Source: Lysobacterales bacterium
Lineage (GTDB): Bacteria > Pseudomonadota > Gammaproteobacteria > Xanthomonadales > SZUA-5
Assembly (NCBI GenBank): GCA_022844165.1
Contig: JALHMH010000015.1
Span: 1-64,000, forward strand
DNA: 64,000 nucleotides
Direction: 5' to 3'
Each line of letters begins with the position of its first letter. The stretch's first letter is position 1. The notes under the pieces were generated by a model. It saw only the letters and a program-made list of their open reading frames with translations. It was not told the origin of the DNA and ran no database searches. Made by a program: the position numbers and the translations under genes. Shown piece by piece: positions 50,617 to 60,646 of this stretch.

Positions 50617-51632
50617 CAAATCAAGCCCCGTTGCGCCAGAACTTCAAGGACGCGCTTTTGCGTCTCCAGAAAATGTGCACGTGTGGGTGAACTGGTGGCT
50701 AACGTGTTTTTCGGGTGGACGACGCCCGAGTAGGTAGGTGCGAATAACTCAAGTCGCTGGCGTGCGAGGAAATTGCCCATGCCAGGTCGGCGCCGCCACG
50801 CACGTTGGGCATCCACGTCGATCATTCCGTTCGCCACCATCGACTCACCTGTTGCGGCTTCGGCCAGCGCCATGCCTTTGTAATCGATGAGCGTCGACAT
50901 CCCGTCCGTTGACTCTGCCGGAATGGGCGTGCCTTCGATGCCCGCTGAGTTGGCCGATATGACGTAAGCCATGTTCTCCAGTGCGCGCGCGCGTTTGGCG
51001 ATGTGTTTTTGCGTCAGCTGCGGGCTGCTCACTTCGCTGGTCGAGTGCACAAAGATTTCGGCACCACGCAAGGCATGTGCGCGAGCGATTTCCGGGTACA
51101 AGATCTCTTCCGAGGCGATCGCCGCGAGTTTCCCGATCGGTGTTGCGGCCACGGGGAAAATGCCGTCCCAGCCATAGCAGTCCAGGTACGCATCAAGCAC
51201 ATCGTGCGGCGTCGGTGCGAACATGGAGACCAGTCGCCGATAGCGCAGCACCAATTCGCCGCTGGGTGCGATCACAAAGCTCGTCTGAAAGTACAACGCG
51301 GGGAAATGATGGTCGAGCTCGTACGCGTTACCGGCGATATACAACTGCTCGGTCGTGGCGCATTCGGCCATCAGATCGTACAGCGGGTCGTCCATGGCCA
51401 GGCACGCCAAGGTTTGCCAATGTTCGATCGACTCACCTTGCGGGAAACTGGTCAAGAAATACTCGGGCAGAACCACGAGCTTCAGATCGGGTCCGATGAA
51501 GCGTTTGCTGGCTGCGATCTGCGCGACGACTCGCGTTGCCGTATCGCGCATGCGCAGACGCGCCGCATCAATGGCCATACCGTTAACCGCGAAACAGCGC
51601 GTCTGCAGCGCAAGAGCGAAAAAGCGGTTCAT
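50616..51632 (-). CDS. nitrilase-superfamily (carbon-nitrogen hydrolase) protein with atypical triad
   Basis: LVVLPEY, YPEIAR, RARALENMAYVISAN. Confidence 0.85.
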   Translation of the reverse strand: MNRFFALALQTRCFAVNGMAIDAARLRMRDTATRVVAQIAASKRFIGPDLKLVVLPEYFLTSFPQGESIEHWQTLACLAMDDPLYDLMAECATTEQLYIAGNAYELDHHFPALYFQTSFVIAPSGELVLRYRRLVSMFAPTPHDVLDAYLDCYGWDGIFPVAATPIGKLAAIASEEILYPEIARAHALRGAEIFVHSTSEVSSPQLTQKHIAKRARALENMAYVISANSAGIEGTPIPAESTDGMSTLIDYKGMALAEAATGESMVANGMIDVDAQRAWRRRPGMGNFLARQRLELFAPTYSGVVHPKNTLATSSPTRAHFLETQKRVLEVLAQRGLI

Positions 51633-51636
51633 CGGT

Positions 51637-52392
51637 TTATCCAAAGTCGGCAGGTTGTTTGGTGACGAAGGCCGCGGCGCCAGCCGCAAACTCTTTGCCA
51701 CCGAAAGCCGCGATCGCTAAGTCATCGAGGGTCGGATCGGTGGCGACCGCGGACACAGCACGCAGCGTTCGCTTGATATTTGTCAGCGCCTCGGATGGTC
51801 CCGTAGCCAACTGCTGCGCCAGCGTCGACAATTGCCCTTCCAGATTCGCGGGCGCGCAGCGGCGCTGCACAAGGCCCATACGGAGCGCGTCGTCTGCATC
51901 CAATTCGCGTGAGGTCAACAGCATGTCGCTGGCGTGCGCAAGACCGATCGCAGCGACCAGTCGGTGCGTGTCAGCGGGGCTGTAGATCAATCCGAGGCGA
52001 ATGGGCGTCACCGCAAAACGGGCGGTGTCGTCCGCAATGCGCAGATCGCACGCCGTTGCCAGCCCGACACCGCCGCCATAACAGGCGCCGCGGATGGCAG
52101 CAATGGTGGGAATCGGAGCCTCGAACAAAACACGTTGCGCGCGCTGCACACAAGCGTGGTTATCCGACATCCATTGTGGGTCGTCGATATGCGCTCGTAG
52201 CTCGTGCACATCGGCGCCGGCACAAAAGTGTGCGCCGCCTTCGATGGACACCACGCGCGCCCCGGCGTTGGTCAGGATGGTATCGGTCAACGCCTGCCAG
52301 GATTCGTGGTCGAGCGCATTGCGTTGCGCCGGACGATCAATCGTGATGCGCAGCCAACGTCCGCCCAGTTCGTGCCGAACAATGAGGCTCAC
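51637..52392 (-). CDS. enoyl-CoA hydratase/isomerase family protein
   Basis: RNAL, FCAGAD, CYGGGVGLATACDLR. Confidence 0.88.
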   Translation of the reverse strand: MSLIVRHELGGRWLRITIDRPAQRNALDHESWQALTDTILTNAGARVVSIEGGAHFCAGADVHELRAHIDDPQWMSDNHACVQRAQRVLFEAPIPTIAAIRGACYGGGVGLATACDLRIADDTARFAVTPIRLGLIYSPADTHRLVAAIGLAHASDMLLTSRELDADDALRMGLVQRRCAPANLEGQLSTLAQQLATGPSEALTNIKRTLRAVSAVATDPTLDDLAIAAFGGKEFAAGAAAFVTKQPADFG

Positions 52393-52688
52393 CAGTTGCG
52401 CCCTCCCACCCAGGTGCCTGCCGCCGCGCGGTAGCCATGGACGTCGATACGTCGCCAGACATTGGCACGAGTGTAAGGATCGGCTGCGATCCACGCGCGT
52501 GCTGCCGGCAAAGACTCGGCCTCAATCACAAACATCGACCCGATCATCGCGCCAGCATCGTTCAACCACGGCCCCGCAATCCGAATAATCGCCATCTGCG
52601 TCTCAATGAATGCGAGGTGCTCGGCGAGATGTAATGCGCGCAATTGCGCGCCTTCGCTGCTATCGATTGCCCAGATCACTGCCAGCAT
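52389..52688 (-). CDS. YciI family protein
   Basis: R..HL..H, AGP, GSMF, DPY. Confidence 0.85.
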   Translation of the reverse strand: MLAVIWAIDSSEGAQLRALHLAEHLAFIETQMAIIRIAGPWLNDAGAMIGSMFVIEAESLPAARAWIAADPYTRANVWRRIDVHGYRAAAGTWVGGRNW

Positions 52689-52895
52689 GGTCCGTCCGCG
52701 CCGATGTGTCCCGCGCATGCTACCGCGTTGGCGTCGAGCGCATTTCGAGCAAGGATCACGCGAACCGCCGCGAAGCAGTCTTTTGCTGAGTCGCCTGAAC
52801 AACGTCCGTCGGTGGTTCGGCCCCCGGTTGACGAATGAAATACGCTAAGGCTTAATTGCGGGCTCGGCGCGTTGTTCCTCCCGCCGAGCCACTTC

Positions 52896-52971
52896 GGCCA
52901 GGTAGCTCAGTTGGTAGAGCAGGGGACTGAAAATCCCCGTGTCGGCGGTTCGATTCCGTCCCTGGCCACCA
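52896..52971 (+). tRNA. tRNA-Phe (GAA)
   Basis: Full cloverleaf GGCCAGG...CTGAAAA...GGTTCGATTCC...CCTGGCCACCA. Confidence 0.98.
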
Positions 52972-53275
52972 TCTCGATCAAGCGCTTAGATCACGTTTCG
53001 GGAATGTTCTACTTCGCCGGCTCCGATCTGGTGCCCGTTGGTTGGCTGGCTTGATCCGTTTTCTCATTGAAGAGAACCGATGGGCCCGCGTTGGTGCAAG
53101 TCGGGACGAGCCCGTCCGCGCTCCTGCTCCCAGCGACTTTTGACGAGAACGCTTATCGAGCTGTACTTCCGACGTTCGAAGCAGGGCTTGCGTTTTTCGT
53201 CACGAACGGACATCGACGGCAACGCGTGCTACGTCTGCGGACACGGTGAGCTCGACGCTGAGGCACTGCATGACT

Positions 53276-54556
53276 CTACTGCCGCTCCAAAATCATCGCC
53301 ACGCCCATACCGCCCGCGGCGCAGGCGGTGATCAACGCGCGGCCGTGGCCTCGTTCGGCGAGCTGCTGCGCGGCTCCAATGAGCATTCGACCGCCGGTTG
53401 CGGCGAAGGGATGACCTAAGGCGAGGCTGCCGCCAGCGAGGTTGATTTTGTCGACATCGATATGGCCTAAGGTGGCCGTGAGCCCGAGTCTGTCGCGACA
53501 GAACTTGACCGATTCTGCCGCGGCGATGGTCGACAGCACCTGCGCTGCAAAAGCCTCGTGGATTTCGATGATGTCGAAATCGGCGAGCGTAAGCCGGGTC
53601 CTGGTCAAGAGGCGGGAGATGGCCACTACGGGCGCAATCAACAGTCCCTCGCCTCCGACAAAATCCACCGCCGCAACTTCCGCATCAATCAGCGCAGCCA
53701 GCGGTGTATGGCCGTGCGCTGATGCCCAGTTCGCGGTGGCCAGTAGCACTGCGCTGGCGCCGTCGGTCAATGGCGTGGAGTTGCCGGCCGTCAGCGTACC
53801 TTGTCCTGACATTTTATCGAAGGCAGGTTTCAGGCTGGCGAGCTTTTCGAGTGTCGTGTCCGGCCGCAAAATCGTGTCGCGGCGGATTCCGCCGAACGTG
53901 AGTAACGAAGCGTCGTAGAAGCCGCGGTCATAGGCTGCCGCGGCACGTTGATGACTCAGCAGCGCCAGGCGATCCTGATCGGCGCGAGAGATCGCCCAGG
54001 TCTTGGCCATCATCTCGCAGTGCTCGCCCATGCTCTTGCCGGTGCGCGGTTCGCTCACCTGCGGCGCGCTGGGTTTGAGTTCCTTGAACACAAATCCCTT
54101 GAATGCGGCAAGACGTTCGCCGAAGGTCCTGGCTCTGCTGGCGGCGAGCAGCCGCGCATTCAAAGTGCGATTGAGTACCAGCGGTACTTCGCTCGATGAG
54201 TCACTGCCGCCACCGATGCCGACCTCGATCTGTCCCAGGGCGATTTTGTTGGCGACTGCGATCGCCGCTTCGAAACCGGTGCCACAGGCACGCTGCAGCG
54301 TAAGTCCAGGCGTGGTTGCGGCAAGGCCTGTGCCCAAGACGATTTCGCGTGCCAGATTGAAGTCGCGCGAGTGCTTCAAGACAGCGCCGAACGCGACATC
54401 GCCGAGCTCCTGAGCTTGCAACTGGAAGCGCTCTACCAACTTAGCGACGACTTCGGTGCCAAGTGCGAGATTTCCGAGCTCAGCAAACGCCGTGTTCTGG
54501 CGGCAGAAGGGCGTGCGCACGCCGCCGAGAATGTGCGCCAAGGGTTTGCGGTTCAT
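53276..54556 (-). CDS. acetyl-CoA C-acyltransferase (thiolase, FadI-like)
   Basis: RTPF, QRACGTG, EIHEAFAAQ, GHPFAATG, CAAGG. Confidence 0.92.
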   Translation of the reverse strand: MNRKPLAHILGGVRTPFCRQNTAFAELGNLALGTEVVAKLVERFQLQAQELGDVAFGAVLKHSRDFNLAREIVLGTGLAATTPGLTLQRACGTGFEAAIAVANKIALGQIEVGIGGGSDSSSEVPLVLNRTLNARLLAASRARTFGERLAAFKGFVFKELKPSAPQVSEPRTGKSMGEHCEMMAKTWAISRADQDRLALLSHQRAAAAYDRGFYDASLLTFGGIRRDTILRPDTTLEKLASLKPAFDKMSGQGTLTAGNSTPLTDGASAVLLATANWASAHGHTPLAALIDAEVAAVDFVGGEGLLIAPVVAISRLLTRTRLTLADFDIIEIHEAFAAQVLSTIAAAESVKFCRDRLGLTATLGHIDVDKINLAGGSLALGHPFAATGGRMLIGAAQQLAERGHGRALITACAAGGMGVAMILERQ

Positions 54557-54651
54557 CCGTTGTCTCCGTTCGGAGATTGGGATGTTACGCCGGTCAGAGG
54601 CCAGGGTCTTGGACCGGACCGCAGTCGCCCAGCGAGATCGATAACATCGAT

Positions 54652-54742
54652 TTGCCCCAACGGGGCAACGCATACCAGCCCAGGGTGCAACCCTGGGGTA
54701 TCAATGCGAATGCGAATGCGGTCTGAGGGAACGCCGCATAGG
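54652..54742. repeat. REP-like palindromic element
   Basis: TTGCCCC-AAC-GGGGCAA and CCCAGGGTGCAACCCTGGG hairpins. Confidence 0.55.
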
Positions 54743-54745
54743 TAC

Positions 54746-56074
54746 TTATAAAATGTAGCGGCTCAAATCCTCGTTCTTGACCAGCTCGGCGAGGTGCTCA
54801 TCGACAAAGCGACTATCGATGGTCACCTCGTCGCCGCTGCGATCGGAGGCGTCGAACGACAGCGACTCGAGGAGTTTCTCCAGCACGGTGTGCAACCGCC
54901 TGGCGCCGATATTTTCCATGCGCTCATTGACGTGTGCCGCGATTTCCGCCAGACGGCGCACGCCATCGCCGGTGAATTCGATACGCAAACCCTCGGTGCC
55001 CATGAGCGCAACGTATTGCCGCGTTAAGGCATTCGACGGCTCGCACAGGATGCGTTCGAAGTCGTCAACATTAAGCGCCTGCAACTCGACTCGGATCGGG
55101 AACCGGCCCTGCAATTCCGGGATGAGATCCGACGGTTTGGCCAAATGGAAAGCACCCGAGGCAATGAACAGGATGTGGTCGGTCTTGACGGTGCCGTACT
55201 TGGTAGAAACGGTCGACCCTTCGACCAGCGGCAGCAAGTCGCGTTGCACGCCTTCGCGCGAGACATCCGCGCCGCCATATTCGCCGCGGCGGCAGACCTT
55301 GTCGATTTCGTCGATGAACACGATGCCGTTCTGTTCCACGTTGTAGATTGCCGCGGATTTGATCTCGTCCTCGTTGATCAGCTTGGCGGCCTCATCGTCG
55401 ATCAGCAGCGCACGCGCTTTGCCGATCGGCAGCTTGCGCTTCGTGCTGCGTTGGCTCGCCAGATTTTGGAATAGACCTTTCAACTGGCTGGTCATTTCTT
55501 CCATACCCGGTGGCGCCGCAATCTCGATGCCGAGCGATTGCGCCAGATCGATCTCGATTTCCCGCTCGTCGAGCGCGCCGGCGCGCAATCGCTCCCGCAG
55601 CTTTGCCCGAGTTTCATTGTCGCGGTCCACCGAGTCGGACGGATTGTGATCGAAGCTCAGTCCCTGGCGCCGCGGCACGAGCGCATCCAGGATGCGTTCC
55701 TCGGCGCGTTCTTCGGCTGTGGATTTGACCTTCTCGACCGCCAGTTCGCGTGCCAACTTGACCGCCGCATCGGCGAGATCGCGAATGATGGTTTCGACAT
55801 CTTTGCCGACGTAACCAACTTCGGTGAACTTCGTTGCTTCAACCTTGACGAACGGTGCGTTCGCGAGCGCCGCCAACCGGCGTGCGATTTCCGTCTTGCC
55901 AACACCGGTGGGGCCGATCATCAGAATGTTCTTGGGCATCACCTCGTTGCGCAGCGCGGGATCGAGCTGCATGCGTCGCCAGCGGTTACGCAAAGCGATC
56001 GCGACAGCGCGCTTGGCAGCGGACTGGCCGATGATGTACTGATCTAAAGCGGCGACAATGGATTTCGGGGTCAT
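54746..56074 (-). CDS. hslU: ATP-dependent protease ATPase subunit
   Basis: [30 protein letters not shown]. Confidence 0.98.
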   Translation of the reverse strand: MTPKSIVAALDQYIIGQSAAKRAVAIALRNRWRRMQLDPALRNEVMPKNILMIGPTGVGKTEIARRLAALANAPFVKVEATKFTEVGYVGKDVETIIRDLADAAVKLARELAVEKVKSTAEERAEERILDALVPRRQGLSFDHNPSDSVDRDNETRAKLRERLRAGALDEREIEIDLAQSLGIEIAAPPGMEEMTSQLKGLFQNLASQRSTKRKLPIGKARALLIDDEAAKLINEDEIKSAAIYNVEQNGIVFIDEIDKVCRRGEYGGADVSREGVQRDLLPLVEGSTVSTKYGTVKTDHILFIASGAFHLAKPSDLIPELQGRFPIRVELQALNVDDFERILCEPSNALTRQYVALMGTEGLRIEFTGDGVRRLAEIAAHVNERMENIGARRLHTVLEKLLESLSFDASDRSGDEVTIDSRFVDEHLAELVKNEDLSRYIL

Positions 56075-56174
56075 TTTCGATGGCCGTTTTGCGCGTGGCA
56101 GGTTGTGGGTAGCGAGCTTTGGTCGTGTGGCCCGGTGCTGACCGCCATCCAGGCAACGAAGACCAAACCCGGTC

Positions 56175-56711
56175 CTACAACTCCTCCAACGTCAAGTTGT
56201 GATTGGTGTAAATGCAGATGTCGGCCGCAATGTTGAGTGCACGTTCGACAATCTCGCGCGGGCCAAGCTCCGTGTTTTCCAGCAGCGCTTTCGCCGCCGC
56301 CTGCGCATAATTGCCGCCGGAACCGATCGCGATCAGCCCTTGCTCGGGCTCCAGAACATCGCCGTTGCCGGTGATGAGCAGCGATGTTTCGCTGTCGGCA
56401 ACCGCCAGCAGCGCTTCGAGGCGCATCAGTCGCCGCTCGGTGCGCCAGTCTTTGGCCAGTTCGACAGCAGCGCGCGTTAGGTTGCCGCCATGTTTTTCGA
56501 GTTTTGCGTCGAACAATTCGAACAATGTAAATGCGTCCGCCGTCGCGCCTGCGAAACCGGACAGCACGTTGCCTTTGCCCAATCTGCGGACTTTGCGCGC
56601 ATTGCCCTTAACAACGGTATTGCCGAGCGACACCTGGCCGTCGCCGCCCATCACAACGCGGTTGCCGCGGCGCACGGAGAGTATGGTCGTGCCGTGAAAA
56701 GATTCGCTCAT
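56175..56711 (-). CDS. hslV: ATP-dependent protease peptidase subunit
   Basis: [28 protein letters not shown]. Confidence 0.98.
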   Translation of the reverse strand: MSESFHGTTILSVRRGNRVVMGGDGQVSLGNTVVKGNARKVRRLGKGNVLSGFAGATADAFTLFELFDAKLEKHGGNLTRAAVELAKDWRTERRLMRLEALLAVADSETSLLITGNGDVLEPEQGLIAIGSGGNYAQAAAKALLENTELGPREIVERALNIAADICIYTNHNLTLEEL

Positions 56712-56818
56712 TGGAATCAACGTGACTCAGGAAGCCCAGTTGTGGGGGCGGTCCATCAAGAAATCAAATGGCTGGATCGTGAGAACCGAGGCAACTCAAG
56801 CCGCGTTCGTTCACCTGA

Positions 56819-56961
56819 GAGCGGTTTGAATAACCTACTGCGCGGGCCGATGGCTGCGTTGGACGGTGCTCGCTTCCTTGCCTATCGACTTGATATGTCT
56901 GCGTCGCTCCGCGCCGTCTGCCTTGCCCTCGGCCCGCTCACTACGGTTATTCAAACCGCTC
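56819..56961. mobile_element. MITE family D with perfect 17-bp TIRs and CTGA target duplication
   Basis: CTGA-GAGCGGTTTGAATAACC...GGTTATTCAAACCGCTC-CTGA. Confidence 0.85.
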
Positions 56962-56972
56962 CTGAGATTGTC

Positions 56973-58052
56973 TTAGCGAAATTCGATCACCTCGACTCCA
57001 TAACCGGCAAGCCCAAAATAGGGGCGCGCTGTGCCCAATACGATGATCTTCCGAGCGCCCAAATCGGCCAGAATCTGCGCGCCGATGCCGGTGGTGCGCC
57101 AGGGTTGCGCCGGCGTCGACTCGGGCGGCTCGCCCAACAAGCGACGCAACTGCGACGATGGGTCTGATCGGTCCCCAAGCACAATGACCACGCCGCTTGG
57201 CGCCTGCGCGATGGTAGTCATCGCATCGCGCAGCGATAGCCCGAAATCGCCGCGCTCGATTCCGAGCAGGTCGCTCCAAATATTCTTGTTGTGGACACGC
57301 ACCAGAGTCGGGCTGTCCGAGTCGATGACACCTTGAATCAACGCGTGGTGTAACTCATGGGTCAGAGTGTCTCGGTACACGATTAACGAGAACTCGCCGA
57401 CTGCTGTCCGGACCAATTGCTCCGCGACTCTTTCGACCGTTTTTTCGTTGCCCAGGCGATAGCGAATCAGGTCTGCGATGCTGCCGATCTTGAGTCCGTG
57501 TTGGGCTGCGAAGAGTTCCAATTGTGGGCGCCGCGCCATGTGGCCGTCGTCGCTCATGATTTCGACCAGTACGCCGGCAGGTTCATGTCCGGCCAAACAA
57601 GCGAGGTCGACGGCTGCTTCGGTATGCCCAGCACGCGCCAGTACACCACCAGGTTGCGCGGCCAGCGGGAAAACGTGGCCCGGTTGCACCAGGTCGTCCG
57701 CGCGAGCCTGCGCAGCGACCGCGGTGCGGATCGTATGCGCCCGGTCGTAGGCCGAGATGCCGGTGGTGACGCCGCTGGCGGCTTCGATAGAAACGGTAAA
57801 GGCGGTGCCCATTCGTGTGCCGTTGCGCGCCGTCATCGGTCCGAGTTGCAGGCGTTTGCAGCGCTCCTGCGTCAGCGCAAGGCAGATCAGGCCGCGCGCG
57901 TGGCGTGCCATGAAGTTGATGTCGTCAGGCCGCACGCAGCTGGCGGCCATGATCAAATCGCCTTCGTTCTCCCGGTCCTCATCATCGAGGACCACCACCA
58001 TCTTGCCAGCGCGGAGATCGTCGAGAAGCTCGGGAATGGTATTGAAAGACAT
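56973..58052 (-). CDS. ribB: 3,4-dihydroxy-2-butanone-4-phosphate synthase with degenerate GTP cyclohydrolase II domain
   Basis: DDEDRENEGD, TTGISAYDR, RAGHTEA; C-terminal domain lacks the Zn-binding cysteines. Confidence 0.93.
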   Translation of the reverse strand: MSFNTIPELLDDLRAGKMVVVLDDEDRENEGDLIMAASCVRPDDINFMARHARGLICLALTQERCKRLQLGPMTARNGTRMGTAFTVSIEAASGVTTGISAYDRAHTIRTAVAAQARADDLVQPGHVFPLAAQPGGVLARAGHTEAAVDLACLAGHEPAGVLVEIMSDDGHMARRPQLELFAAQHGLKIGSIADLIRYRLGNEKTVERVAEQLVRTAVGEFSLIVYRDTLTHELHHALIQGVIDSDSPTLVRVHNKNIWSDLLGIERGDFGLSLRDAMTTIAQAPSGVVIVLGDRSDPSSQLRRLLGEPPESTPAQPWRTTGIGAQILADLGARKIIVLGTARPYFGLAGYGVEVIEFR

Positions 58053-58247
58053 GCGGTATGGTCGATGAGAACCGTCGCGCAGTCTAACGGCTGCTCGCCG
58101 TGCATGCGTCGACTTGTCGCGATACGCGTTGGTTCTCGATTCCACCGTCGCACCTGTTCAAGCGGGCGTTGGCGTCGGTTGGAAATGCGGTGATACACGT
58201 TGTCCGGATTATCTCGTCGCGCATGTTCGAGCGTGCGTCAGCGAAAA

Positions 58248-58709
58248 TCACTGATTCTCGATGGGTTTGGCATTGCGCTGCAGGTCGCGCGTTGCGCGCC
58301 TGGCGTTTCGTGCCCGGTCTTCCCGTTGACCAACCGTCAGGCACAGCTCTCGCGGCAGGCGGCTGCCGATCGGTGCCTCTTTGGTGCAGACGATCCGGTT
58401 CTTATTTCTGATTCGTAAATGTTCGTCCAACTGCGCTCGCGCATTGTCAAGAACTTCGCGATCGGCTGCGCTGAGATCGGCAAGGCTCGAGCTGCGTTTG
58501 GCAATGTTGGCAATCGCGCGCGCAGCTTCCGTCGCGCGTTCGCGGCTGAATTTCGACAGTTTGCCGTACTGGCCGGCGCGCGCCAGCTGCATCGCCAATT
58601 CGGTCTCGCTGGCGATCTCGGCCAACTCCAGCTGGCGATCGGTTTCTGTGATAGCCACCGCGTTGCCGAACATCATCAACATAACCACCCAAAGTGCAAT
58701 GCGCTGCAT
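58248..58709 (-). CDS. hypothetical secreted protein
   Basis: Signal peptide; VCTKEAPIGSRLPRELC motif. Confidence 0.7.
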   Translation of the reverse strand: MQRIALWVVMLMMFGNAVAITETDRQLELAEIASETELAMQLARAGQYGKLSKFSRERATEAARAIANIAKRSSSLADLSAADREVLDNARAQLDEHLRIRNKNRIVCTKEAPIGSRLPRELCLTVGQREDRARNARRATRDLQRNAKPIENQ

Positions 58710-58724
58710 ATCACCGGCCCCTAT

Positions 58725-58828
58725 CACGTTGTTGAGGACTCGCTCTCCATGGATCAAGCACTTACGTGCTCGACCCAATTGCGAATCATCCTATGGTTCG
58801 CGCCCGCAGGCCGTTTCTCAACAGCCTG
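58725..58828. mobile_element. MITE family B copy, flanked by CTAT direct repeats
   Basis: CTAT-CACGTTGTTGAG...CTCAACAGCCTG-CTAT; near-identical to 12263-12352. Confidence 0.78.
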
Positions 58829-58947
58829 CTATGCGCTGACAATCCATTCCCAAGGCCAAGAGATAATCACAGGGTGGCACAGCTGGCAAATTAAAATTCG
58901 AAAAGGCACGAAGCGGGCGGTGCTGTTGGGTGATCGGCGTCGATCGT

Positions 58948-59520
58948 TCAGGTCAGACGTGCGAGCGGCGCGATACGGCAAAGAACAACTTCGCCGCCGC
59001 CGTCCAGCACGGCCCGGCCGCCTGAGCCGTCGCCGCTCAGAAGCAAGGCATGCTGTGCACCAAGCCACTGGCTGCGTTCGCCTGCGCGCAGCGTCGCTTC
59101 GCCGCTGACCAGATACACGAGCCAGCTCACGTCGATTTCATTGAACAGCACCATGGCGCCGACGAGTGGCCGCGGCAGCAATTTGGCATCGATGAGGTGT
59201 GGGTCGTAGATCAAGTTGAAAACCGAGCACGGGAAATCCCCTTGCGCGTTGCATGGTGTATCGCTTGGGATCGTCTGCGCGCTCAGGCGCGGCGCGATGT
59301 CAATGCGGCGCTCATCGACGTCCAATGTGAGCGGTCCGCCGTCGAGCAATGCGATCAGCCGAGTCTTGCCAGGGAAAGCGGTGAAATCGCCCGCCGCATC
59401 GATGCGTGCGACGCTTGCTCGCCACTGCCAGGGATCGCCACCGCGGGCGATTTCGCGGGTTGCGCCATGTGACCAGGGGGACACACGCTGCGATTGTGGT
59501 TCGATACAGGTCAACTTCAC
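58948..59520 (-). CDS. HutD/Ves family protein
   Basis: PWSHGATREIA, WRASVARI, FTAFPGKTR, FNLI. Confidence 0.85.
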   Translation of the reverse strand: MKLTCIEPQSQRVSPWSHGATREIARGGDPWQWRASVARIDAAGDFTAFPGKTRLIALLDGGPLTLDVDERRIDIAPRLSAQTIPSDTPCNAQGDFPCSVFNLIYDPHLIDAKLLPRPLVGAMVLFNEIDVSWLVYLVSGEATLRAGERSQWLGAQHALLLSGDGSGGRAVLDGGGEVVLCRIAPLARLT

Positions 59521-60005
59521 TTCTTGGCCCTGGAAATCATTGTCGTTCTAATGCCTTCCGCAAAGTCCACAAAACACTGATCGAACTGATAGGAGAGAAG
59601 CGGCCACTCACGAGAGAAGTGGGGATTCTTAAAGCAGTCTTCCAAATATCCAACCCATCCCTGCCACTGAACCTTTCGAAAACCAGATCGTGTATCGCGA
59701 TAAAGCAAGAAAGCTCGTTCGTGCAGACTCAATAGCAGGCAGAAAAGTAGCTGCATTCGTTTCCGCCGTTCGCCGCTGAGCGGTTCCGTTACGTCGCTGC
59801 CATTCCCGAACGCGGGCAAGTCCGGATTTTCCAGACAAGTCCTGAGATAAGCGTCATAACAATCACCCAGCGTAGAATACGTGCGACTTTCACGATCTTT
59901 AATCTCGCGAAATTTGCCATAGACGAAGACGCCGATGCCAACTGGCACGCCCAGAAGTTGAATCCAGAGGATCAACAGTTCGATAAGTTCTTTCGACAAG
60001 ATCAT
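59517..60005 (-). CDS. hypothetical membrane-anchored protein
   Basis: N-terminal TM segment, AT-rich, packed between the SET and hutD genes. Confidence 0.65.
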   Translation of the reverse strand: MILSKELIELLILWIQLLGVPVGIGVFVYGKFREIKDRESRTYSTLGDCYDAYLRTCLENPDLPAFGNGSDVTEPLSGERRKRMQLLFCLLLSLHERAFLLYRDTRSGFRKVQWQGWVGYLEDCFKNPHFSREWPLLSYQFDQCFVDFAEGIRTTMISRAKK

Positions 60006-60007
60006 TC

Positions 60008-60385
60008 CTAGATAAAGTCCAGATGCGAGCAGTCTGCCATGAACTCTCGATAGTCTGAAGTGAGTTCCGTATTTTCCGGAATGCGTTCCCTGGCGAATCC
60101 CAAGCCCTCTCTTGTAAAATCCGTATTGGGCGATCGAGAGTGGTTAATGAACCTGCCCGCTGTGGATTCGTAATAAATCGGCCCGTCAATGACTGACCGC
60201 CAGGCATGTATTTCAAGTTCGTTGCGAACGTCGAATGGTATCGTGTTCCATTCTTCCTCTGTGAAAATCAGGTCGAAGCGCTCGTCAAAGCGCCATATGA
60301 GTTGGCCCTTTTCAATATTCGTTCTGGTAAAGACACCTACGCCGGAAATTGGGCTTGGGGCCACGAAGACTGGAATTATAAACAC
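60008..60385 (-). CDS. SET domain-containing protein (putative lysine methyltransferase)
   Basis: SPISGVGVF, RFINHSRSPN, ELTSDY. Confidence 0.88.
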   Translation of the reverse strand: MFIIPVFVAPSPISGVGVFTRTNIEKGQLIWRFDERFDLIFTEEEWNTIPFDVRNELEIHAWRSVIDGPIYYESTAGRFINHSRSPNTDFTREGLGFARERIPENTELTSDYREFMADCSHLDFI

Positions 60386-60646
60386 GACAACCTCTGCGTA
60401 TTAAAATGACAATGAGTTCCAAGAACTGTGTTTGGGCACCTTGTACCTATCTCCGATCAAACGAACGGACGACAGGACAACACGCTGCATCCGGAGCGAA
60501 TCATGGCCAAGTATGACAGCGGAGCGCGCGGGTTGAAGCCTTCAACGAGCAGTCGCCTGCCGCTCTTTTGCTCGGCGGCTCGGGTCGGCATACTCCGACA
60601 GCTGGCCGGCGAGCTGCCGCAGCGCCGCAGGCATAGGAACCTCCGC

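Noticed and set aside
52972-53275. Genomic island at tRNA-Phe
   Set aside because: No integrase and no duplicated tRNA 3' end seen in the window; at most a short scar
58053-58247. FMN riboswitch upstream of ribB
   Set aside because: The conserved AGGGCGGGGTGAAATTCCC-type core is not found on the minus strand
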